Shown in pieces: positions 49,801 through 58,768 of a stretch of 58,768 bases of DNA. The notes beneath the pieces are model-generated. The model was not told where the DNA came from and made no database searches. It saw only the letters and a list, made by a program, of their open reading frames with translations. Each line of letters begins with the position of its first letter. The first letter of the stretch is position 1. A program made the position numbers and the translations under genes. Origin of the DNA: Chara braunii (lineage: Eukaryota > Plantae > Charophyceae); contig BFEA01000017.1 in NCBI GenBank assembly GCA_003427395.1, positions 1,976,342 through 2,035,109 of the forward strand. The letters are read 5' to 3'.

Positions 49801-51878
49801 TGAAATTGAAAGGACAGTTAGTGCAGATGTTCAAATTCAGGAAGAAACAGGGGAAACTAAAGAAACTGTCGATCAACGACTTGGTCAGGTATTACAATGC
49901 AGCGAACATATTTTCAACCAAGAGAAGTCGATCACGGGCTAAGAAGATGGTGAAGGATGTGGTAAAGGAGAAGTTTGGAATACAGATAGGTCGTCGAGTG
50001 GTTACTAAAGTGAGGTATGATGAACGGATTAAGAAGGGGGAAGTAGCAAGACTTGTGGAAAGTAAGATTGGTGGACTACCTCTCAACAATGCCGTGAAGG
50101 AGATGGTAAAGCAACGAACTCGAGTAGTTTGGACAAGAGGGTCAAACATCGGGGAAATCATCCACAATTATCACCGGTATGCGGCGAGTAGGGTTGTGAG
50201 ATACTCTTGCATCGATCCGTTCCTTTAAAAAGAGAAGGGACACATTCATTTCCGACTAGGCACATGGGAGGGATGCCCGGAGATTGCAAAAAACGCTAAG
50301 AACGTTTCGAAGGATTGGGTAGACGAATGTGGAAAGAGAGTGGGGAAGGAGATTATGAGCTCAATCCATGGTATCGATTGGCTTAACATGGATGTGAGCG
50401 TCGCCAAGGTAACCGCGACAGAGTTGAGTCGGTGCATTGATACGTCGAAGAGAATGTAGAGAGGGAATATGAAGGAGGTGATAGATCTGAAGAAGAAATT
50501 GGACGAATTCGTATGCACCCCCCTGAACCGGAATCCAGGTGAGACCCTTGTGATGTGTGTCGAGGTATATGCTGCAGACATAGGCAACACATTCATTGCG
50601 AATGAAGGATACGAGAGAAGGGAGGAAAAGGAAAAGGATATATTGACAAGAATGAGGAAGGAGTATCGAGAGAGAAAGTTCGGTGAGCACGGGTGTTGGA
50701 AGAAGGGAGCCTCAGGAAAACTTGGGCATGCATATGCGCTTCCCAAGCACAAAGATATTACAAAATTCTGGCCCATTTGTCCAACGTTCAGCGAACCATG
50801 GAATAGATTGTGCAAGAAGGTTTCACAAGGGCTAACCGGTCTGCTATTCAACTTACATGAGAGCAGACATTTCAACCTGAAATCGGTGCACCTAATGTCT
50901 GAAAAGTTGCAGAGAATGAACAAAAGCTTGGAGAAAGGATGTGCAAACGTGGGTGTGATGACGAACTCCTACGACATGAAAGAATCTGATATGTTTAGCA
51001 GGTTGCCGCATGAAATCATCTTGAAGGTTGTGGATTGGTGTATCTGGTGGTTCGAGACCAGAGGTTTCTGTGGGATTTTTGTGAAAGTGAGGGGGAAGGG
51101 GGCAAGATTGAGTAAGTGTACAAAGATAGATGGGTATAAGTTTTTGAGTTTTACCTTTGTTCGTGAGTACATGGAGTTTGATTTGGAGAATTGTTATACA
51201 ATAGCATCCGGTATCATCCTAAGACAGACTGTGGGAATTCCAATGGGAAAGTCCTCAAGTCCCCCGCTGACCTGCCTAATATGTGCGAAAGCAGAATGAG
51301 ACTTTCTGCTCATATTGGGTAGCCAAAAAATATTGGTGGCGAGAATAAGATTCGTTAACGATGCTTCCCTCTTTGTAACATATAATAAAAGAAGTGAGAA
51401 ATCGAGAAGAAGGGCGGAGGAGACGGCGCAAGCGTACAAGGCATGTTACGATGCGAACCTGACACTGAAACGTATAGTTTCTGGGGACAAAAAATGAGAA
51501 TTTATGGGATGTCGACTGGAGGTAGGAAACGAAACCCCCTTCCTTGGCTGCTATCAAGTGATAAAATACGAGGCTGATCTGATCGATGGCGGCCCTGGCG
51601 GCGAACTGACATTCGTCACATTGCAAACCTTCAAGGACTTTGGTTCCTAGACTGGAAAGAAAGCGAAGGTAGCAGCCATCACAAGCTGCTTACATCGGAT
51701 ACAACAAAACTCGACGTCAACCCCTCGAATGGTTGGAACAGTGATTCTGTTGCGAATTAAACTTCGACGAAGAAGCTACCCGGATGGGCTGTTCCGGCAG
51801 GCAATCCGGATTTTTGCAAAGGACAAAGAGAGTGTGTGGAAAATGATAGCGAAACTTTTGTGTCCATGTGGAGAATGA
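49801..51878 (+). pseudogene. PLE ORF2 part 3: linker and reverse transcriptase
   Basis: (Y)SC...GHI decayed CxC linker, PLNRNPG, YALPKHKD..KFWPI, SYDMKESDMFSRLPH, RQTVGIPMGKSSSP, RFVND (decayed YxDD), EFMG; one frame with several stops. Confidence 0.88.
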
Positions 51879-51973
51879 GTAGATTAGTGAAGAAGTAGGC
51901 AGAGAGGGAAGTAAAGTGGATAAGTAGGATGAAACTTTTAGTAAGGACGACCTGGGTTGGTTTGCCCGAATCG

Positions 51974-53072
51974 AACCAGGACTGGGATTGCGGAGCGGGA
52001 CAGCCTGGGTTTATTTGCCCAAATTGAACGAGGACGAGACATAGCAGAGGACGAGTACCGTTACTGGGTGTTGGCCATAGCGCAAACTATGGGCCGGGCG
52101 AGAATTGGGACAAGAACCAAAAAGTTTCAGAAAGTTTTTTACTTAGTTCAAGGTTCCGGGACAAACAGAAGGTTAACGGACCCCTCATTTTTCACCCCCA
52201 CTTATAAAAAAAACAAAGGGTCATTTTAACAATACTTCACACGAATTTGTAGAGTGCATCTCCAGGAACCCAACAAACACCAAACTTGGCACATACATGC
52301 TTTGACCAAAAACAAATTAGGGCAAAAAAATATTAAAAAAATATGATCCCCACTGCACTTTTCATGGATGTGAAGGTTACCCTAGAGGTGAAAAGTGGGG
52401 GTACCTGTTAACCATTTGTGGGTTCCGATACTCTGTTGTGAAGTATTGTTAAAATGACCCTTTGTTTTTTTTATAAGTGGGGGTGAAAAATGGGGGGTCC
52501 GTTAACCTTCTGTCCACAAATGGTTAACAGGTACCCCCACTTTTCACCCCTAGGGTAACCTTCACATCCATGAAAAGTGCAGTGGGATCATGTTTTTTTT
52601 TTGTTTTTTTTTTTTTTCCTGTTTTGTTCTTCGTCAAAACATGTATGTGCCAAGTTTGGTGTTTGTTGGGTTCCTGGAGATGCTTGTTTTGGACAGCGGT
52701 GAGAATTTTCACCGCTCCCCAAAACAAGCATCTCCAGGAACCCAACAAACANNNNNNNNNNNNNNNNNNNNNNNNNNNNNNNNNNNNNNNNNNNNNNNNN
52801 NNNNNNNNNNNNNNNNNNNNNNNNNNNNNNNNNNNNNNNNNNNNNNNNNNNNNNNNNNNNNNNNNNNNNNNNNNNNNNNNNNNNNNNNNNNNNNNNNNNN
52901 NNNNNNNNNNNNNNNNNNNNNNNNNNNNNNNNNNNNNNNNNNNNNNNNNNNNNNNNNNNNNNNNNNNNNNNNNNNNNNNNNNNNNNNNNNNNNNNNNNNN
53001 NNNNNNNNNNNNNNNNNNNNNNNNNNNNNNNNNNNNNNNNNNNNNNNNNNNNNNNNNNNNNNNNNNNNNNNN

Positions 53073-53112
<40 letters not shown>

Positions 53113-53560
53113 GATCCCCACTGCACTTTTCAAGGATGTGAAGGTTACCCTAGGGGTGAAACGTGGGGGTACCTGTTAACCATTTGTGGGTTCCGGTAGT
53201 CTGCAGTCCGGGTCTGTCGAAAAAAGAGCAGAAGACACGGGTTGGGAAGCGGGATTAGCATAGATGTTAGTAGTATTAATAGTGGTTAAACATGTTGTCT
53301 TAACTCCCTTTGCACCTCGTGTGCATAGGAGTCGGTAGCAGACGGGTGCATGGAGAGGGGGCGTAGGGCTAGAGAGAGAGGGTAAGGGCCGCACCGATAA
53401 TAGCATGAGCGTACACGATATTGGTTACGAGCTTCTCGGCTACGGGCTATGTTTTTTCTTTCGATCACTAAGTTTTACAACATTTGTTTTTTCAAGCGTT
53501 TGTTGTCCTGCATAGTGTGCTACATGCATGGTATGCACATGTGATGCTGTTTTTCAATGC
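51974..53560 (+). repeat. 3' pseudo-LTR, interrupted
   Basis: Matches 37938-38451 once 52160-53196 is removed. Confidence 0.88.
52160..53188. mobile_element. Composite foldback insertion with CACAAATGGTTAAC ends
   Basis: 52515-53188 is a long palindrome centred near 52704; 52160-52240 is inverted at 52438-52514; the block is flanked by GGTTCCGG (52152-52159, 53189-53196). Confidence 0.75.
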
Positions 53561-53570
53561 TATCAAATAA

Positions 53571-53990
53571 TGTGGCAAAAAAAAAAAGAGTTGAGAGTTT
53601 CTATTATAGCAATGCGCCCCTTTCCTGTTCTAGCCATATTCTCGTTCGTCGAGTCGCAATTCTCGTGATTCACACGACACTCGTTGTCTAGTCGAACAAG
53701 GTTTAGATAAAAATTCACTATCTCCTCCTTCATCTATTTTTTTTCTATCATGAGCAAGCTAAAATCGTTCACTCTCATTGTCAATTATTCTTTCGTATCT
53801 TTGTTAAACGAGTTTGCTATGACGTCTCTATTCCCGATTTGCCCTACAATCGCGTGAGTGCCTTCATCTCTTGCTTCGTCAAGTTCGTTGTTGCCAAGTG
53901 TATGGTCCATCCTTTTTCGCACCTCCGATTATCTTCCATTGTCGTTTGCTGTCCACATGACAACGAGTCATGACTTTATGTGATCTATTG
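53571..53990 (-). pseudogene. Ulp1/SENP-like peptidase, N-terminal part of catalytic domain
   Basis: Minus strand NDFSLLM...*MKEEIVNFYLNL...LNSFFF(A)TLFD resembles WLNDEVINFY and NSFF motifs and joins 37937 through the TSD; upstream limit approximate. Confidence 0.75.
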
Positions 53991-54377
53991 TTCCAAGACG
54001 TGCAGTTTAAGTTATAGTCATGTTGATTGTATGTAGTTTATTGCAATTAAGCATACTAAGGGTTACGTTAACGGAGTGGGGTGCTTATAAGAAAATTGAA
54101 GTTTGGGGAGTGGAAATTCATACACTCCTGCTTATTTTTTAACGCACTCATACACTTGCATAGGCTGCACTAACAATGTTGTATGACATACCACACTAAG
54201 AAATATACTTACATGAGATTCGTCGAGGGTGATATATGCATTATACAATACCTATGAAGAGAGATACGAACGCATACGTATCTATAGTTCCGCTCATTCA
54301 TTGAAATTTTTATGAAGAGTTAAGGGGGGGGAAGAGAGAGAGAGAGAGAAAGAGAGAGAGAGGGAGAGAGAGAGAGA

Positions 54378-54441
<64 letters not shown>

Positions 54442-56427
54442 TATGTATCATGGATGACACTCGTATCTGATATTCTCTAAAATTCCAAGCGGAATGAATT
54501 ATTTCATCACGCGTCTTCCTCAAAATATTTATCCGAGTTGAGTACGAACACTCACACACATACATACACACACACGTTCCATATATACACACACATACAC
54601 ATTTTCTCCTTAGGAACATATGAACCCATATATCACCCTCTGCATATCTCTATACATTCATCTTTTGTCTTTTCGTTTTTTCTCTCGTGGACCATCTTGT
54701 GCATCGACCTCCTTCATCCATATCCTTTTGTCAGGGGTTCGATCCCCTTCACAAGTATGATCTCACCTCCGAGTTCTCCGTGGCATTGCAACCACCAACA
54801 CATCACATTTTTCGATCGATTATTTTCAAAACAAAAAAACAGATAATGATGATAATCCTTTCGAAATGTGAGGGGTAGGGGTTCGATACCCTCCACGAGT
54901 ATGATCTCGCTTCCTATGTGGCATTGCAACCACCAACACATCACCATTTTCGGTTGATTATTTCCACAAAAAAAAAAAGCATAATCCTTTCGATATGTGA
55001 GGGGTAAGGGTTCAATCCCCTCCACAAGTATGATATCGCCTCCTACATGGCATTGCACTCAAATGGACATCAACTTTTCAATCCATTTCACAAAAAAATA
55101 AAACAGATAATCCTTTCGAAATGTGAAGGGTAGCAGTTCAATCCCCTCAAAGAGTATGATCTCGCCTCCTACGTGGCATTGCAACCAGCACCACATCACC
55201 ATTTTCGATCGATTATTTCAACAACAAAAAAAAAACCCTTCCGAAATGTGAGGGGTAGGGATTCAATCCCCTCTATGCGTATGATCTCGCCTCCTACGTG
55301 GCATTGCAACCAAACGGACATCACCTTTTCGATCCATTTTCAAGAAAAAAAAAATCATCGTTTCGAAATATGAGGGGTAGGGGTTCAATCCCCTCCATGA
55401 GTACGATCTCGCCTCCTATATGGCATTGGAATCAAACGGACACCACTTTTTCGATTGATTTTCCAACAAGAAAAAAACAGACAATCCTTTCGAAATGTGA
55501 GGGGTAGGGGTTCAATCCCCTCCACGACTATGATCTTGCCTCCTATGTGGCATTGCACCCAAACAGACATCACCTTTTCGATCGATTTTCCAAAAAAAAA
55601 AAAAAAGATAATCCTTTCAAAATGTGAGGGGTTAGGGTACGATCCCCTCCAGAAGTATGATCTTTCCTCCTACATGGCATTGCACTCAAACAGACATCGG
55701 CTTTTCGATCCATTTTCCAAAAAAAATAAAAAGATAATCCTTTGATTCCTTTCGAAATATAATGGGTAGCGGTTCAATCCCCTCCACGAGTATGATCTCG
55801 CCTCCTACGTGGCATTGCAACCACCAACACATCACATTTTTCGATCGATTATTTCCACAAAAAAAAAACAGATAATCCTTTCAAAACATGAGGGTTAGGG
55901 GTACGATCCTTTCAATGAGTATGATCTTGCCTCTTACGTTGCATTGCAATTAAACGAACATCACCTTTCTAATCGATTTTCCAAAAAACAAAAACAGATA
56001 ATCCTTTCGAAATGTGAGGGGTAGGGGTTTGATCACCTCTACGAGTATGATCTCGCCACCTACGTGACATTGTACTCAAACAGGCATCTGCTTTTCGATT
56101 GATTTTTCAGAAAAAAAAACACAGATAATCCTTTCAAAATGTGAAGGGTAGGGCTTCAATCTATGAAACACCCGCGGACACGTCCACGGGTCCGATGTCG
56201 GATGGCGGACGCAGATTGGGCTGCGTCCGCGGACCCGATTTTACCAGAATTTTCCTGAATAAAATAATAGGTTAAAAAAAAAACCAAAAATATGGGGTTG
56301 TAGGAACTTTTAAGCCCTACAACCCCATATTTTGTTTTTTGGAATCCAACTTTGTTTAGGATTTTGAAAAAAACAAAAACTAAATTCGATTTAAAGAAGA
56401 AAAAAAAAAAATATATATATATATATA

Positions 56428-56582
56428 TCGTCAAATAAAACTGCCCGGTAAACCGTAGGCAGAGAGGGAGAAGAGGACAACAAACGAGGGGCTGTGACAA
56501 ACTGTTTCGTCGGAGTTTCACCGACTCATCAGGAGGCTGAACCCTCAACAGTCTGTAGAATCCCCTCACTGATTACACTGTA
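56428..56582 (-). mobile_element. Short hammerhead-carrying element, copy 2 (cut by N gap)
   Basis: Follows (TA)n; near-identical to 24418-24574. Confidence 0.8.
56498..56555 (-). ncRNA. Type III hammerhead ribozyme, intact core
   Basis: Minus strand CAGACUGU U GAGG guucag CCUC CUGAUGA GUCGG ugaaacu CCGAC GAA ACAGUUUG: stems III (8 bp), I (4 bp), II (5 bp), full CUGAUGA/GAAA core, GUU cleavage triplet. Confidence 0.9.
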
Positions 56583-57483
56583 NNNNNNNNNNNNNNNNNN
56601 NNNNNNNNNNNNNNNNNNNNNNNNNNNNNNNNNNNNNNNNNNNNNNNNNNNNNNNNNNNNNNNNNNNNNNNNNNNNNNNNNNNNNNNNNNNNNNNNNNNN
56701 NNNNNNNNNNNNNNNNNNNNNNNNNNNNNNNNNNNNNNNNNNNNNNNNNNNNNNNNNNNNNNNNNNNNNNNNNNNNNNNNNNNNNNNNNNNNNNNNNNNN
56801 NNNNNNNNNNNNNNNNNNNNNNNNNNNNNNNNNNNNNNNNNNNNNNNNNNNNNNNNNNNNNNNNNNNNNNNNNNNNNNNNNNNNNNNNNNNNNNNNNNNN
56901 NNNNNNNNNNNNNNNNNNNNNNNNNNNNNNNNNNNNNNNNNNNNNNNNNNNNNNNNNNNNNNNNNNNNNNNNNNNNNNNNNNNNNNNNNNNNNNNNNNNN
57001 NNNNNNNNNNNNNNNNNNNNNNNNNNNNNNNNNNNNNNNNNNNNNNNNNNNNNNNNNNNNNNNNNNNNNNNNNNNNNNNNNNNNNNNNNNNNNNNNNNNN
57101 NNNNNNNNNNNNNNNNNNNNNNNNNNNNNNNNNNNNNNNNNNNNNNNNNNNNNNNNNNNNNNNNNNNNNNNNNNNNNNNNNNNNNNNNNNNNNNNNNNNN
57201 NNNNNNNNNNNNNNNNNNNNNNNNNNNNNNNNNNNNNNNNNNNNNNNNNNNNNNNNNNNNNNNCGTGTGTGTGTGTCTGTGTGGGCCTGTTGGGGATGGG
57301 GGGCCGACCCCGCCCCCACTAATCAATCAATCACTCAATCAATCAATCACTCAATCAATCAATCAATCAATCAATCAACCAACGAAAAAAAAAAAAAAAA
57401 ACCCTCGAATGAATCTTCCGCTAGAACATGGGAATATACAATCCTACCTATGTGTGTGTGTGTGTGTGTGTGTGCCTGTGGGG

Positions 57484-57515
<32 letters not shown>

Positions 57516-58128
57516 CGAAAAACAAAAAACAAAAAAACGCGCTGTTACTTCTTTTTTTTTTTTTTCGAAATACCTTCACTCGCCCAACCCCCCCCCAACA
57601 AAAAATAGTTTTTTTCATTTATTTTTGTTTGAGGGGGTGGGGTTGGGGATGGGCCGCCCCATGGCGTTTCCGAAATCCCCAACCCCCCTTCCCTTTGGCT
57701 GCCACGTGGCGTCAAAGCCGCGCGTCCGCGGGGTCGGCGGACTCGCCGCGTCCGCGGAATCGACCGCACTTGGCCGCCGCCGAGGGAAATTCCTAGGCTT
57801 TTATCCCCTCCACGAGTATGATCTCGCCTCCTACGTAGCATTGCAACCACCACCACATCACCTTTTTCGATCGATTATTTCAAAAAAAAAAAACTGATAT
57901 TCCTTTCGAAATGTGAGGGTTAGAGGTTCGATCCCCCCGAAGACTATGATCTCGCCTCCTACGTTGCATTGCAACCACCAACACATCACCTTTTTCGATC
58001 GATTATTTTCAAAAAAAAAAAAAAAAGATAATCCTTTCGAAATGTGAGCGGTAGCGGTTCGAACCCCTCGACAAGTATTATCTCGCCTTCTACGTGGCAT
58101 TGCAACCACCAACAAATCACCTTTTCAG

Positions 58129-58716
58129 CTAGGTTGCTTCATCGGACGTCCAGGCCCTCCTGCGACACCCGGGTCGTCCGACCGGACCACCGGGCCGATG
58201 GTCCGGTGCCTGCCAGAGGTCCAGCCCCTGCGGAAAATAGGGGCCATGCCTCTGAGGGGTTTTGGGGGGTTTAGGAGGCTGGTGGTTGGGGTGGCGGGTC
58301 CTGCTGGACTTCGGTCTCCAGAATTCGAGGCCAGCAGCGCCTCCAAAATTATCGAAACATGAAGGCCCGACCTGGGCCGTCAGACCGATCCGATCCGCGA
58401 CCCAGATCGGGCCGAATTCATATTTGAATTTCGAATGTCGATGGGGGGGTACCGCCCGCCCGCGTCCGCCGCCGCATCAAGCCCTGCCGCTGCCTCCCTA
58501 TAGGTGCCGCCCTCTCGACGACGAGCGCGTGTGCTAGCTCGCGAGGACGCGTCACTCCACGCCCGACAGCTCTCTCTCTCTCCCGCGTCCGCCGCCGCGT
58601 CAAGCCCTACCGCTGCCTCCCTACAGGTACAGCCCGCCCTCGTCCGCCATCGACAGGTCAGTTTCTCTCTCTCTCTCTCTCCCTCACTCCCTCTCTCTCC
58701 CTCACTCTCTCTCTCT

Positions 58717-58768
<52 letters not shown>
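58129..58768. mobile_element. Left end of another CTA-terminated GC-rich element
   Basis: Satellite stops abruptly at CTTTTCAG|CTAGGTTGC; GGAC/GTCC subterminal motifs; right end not in window. Confidence 0.45.

Larger units (their letters stand above)
37938..53560 (+). mobile_element. Penelope-like retroelement with N-terminal GIY-YIG (Naiad/Chlamys-type domain order), two ORFs, three nested insertions
   Basis: TSD TATCAAATAA (37928-37937, 53561-53570); direct terminal repeats; ORF1, GIY-YIG and RT remnants in order. Confidence 0.87.
56161..57796. mobile_element. MITE with CTA(T/G)GAA termini
   Basis: CTATGAAAC ... ATTCCTAG; imperfect 8-bp TSD GCTTCAAT/GCTTTTAT; CCGCGG/GGAC subterminal motifs; spans an N gap. 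Confidence 0.7.
54720..58128. repeat. About 120-bp tandem satellite, roughly 12 plus 3 units
   Basis: ATAATCCTTTCGAAATGTGAGGGGTAGGGGTTCAATCCCCTCCACGAGTATGATCTCGCCTCCTACGTGGCATTGCA...poly(A); interrupted at 56161-57796. Confidence 0.92.

Noticed and set aside
49801-51878. In-frame TGA codons as selenocysteine, as in some Naiad PLEs
   Set aside because: TAA and TAG stops occur in the same frame and the catalytic motif is mutated (FVND); ordinary decay explains it.
18424-57897. Long ORFs containing X runs or ER/SL/HT/CV repeats
   Set aside because: Artefacts of N gaps (18791-19155, 22902-23641, 34623-34727, 36480-36633, 52752-53072, 56583-57263) and microsatellites.

Overview
Gene-free, repeat-saturated eukaryotic window with six N gaps. 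The element content suggests a streptophyte alga such as Chara; this is inference from protein style and repeat types, not a database result. No intact host gene is visible. Main contents: (1) a degenerate L1/Tx1-like LINE (about 3.6-10.6 kb) with no recognisable endonuclease, bracketed by a 29-bp direct repeat and ending in a structured 3' RNA module shared with other LINE remnants; (2) a PIF/Harbinger transposase pseudogene split by two MITEs; (3) a 15.6-kb nested structure in which a two-ORF Penelope-like retroelement (Gag-like CCHC ORF1, N-terminal GIY-YIG, C-terminal RT, pseudo-LTRs, 10-bp TSD) sits inside a Ulp1 protease pseudogene and itself hosts a 1.8-kb DNA element, a 7.3-kb TG..CA LTR-like insert and a foldback element; (4) many MITEs, two satellites and two tRNA-derived SINEs. 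The most striking signal is a ~210-bp element inserted in (TA)n tracts, present twice (24.4 kb and 56.4 kb), whose minus strand folds by eye into a complete type III hammerhead ribozyme, i.e. a candidate retrozyme-like family.
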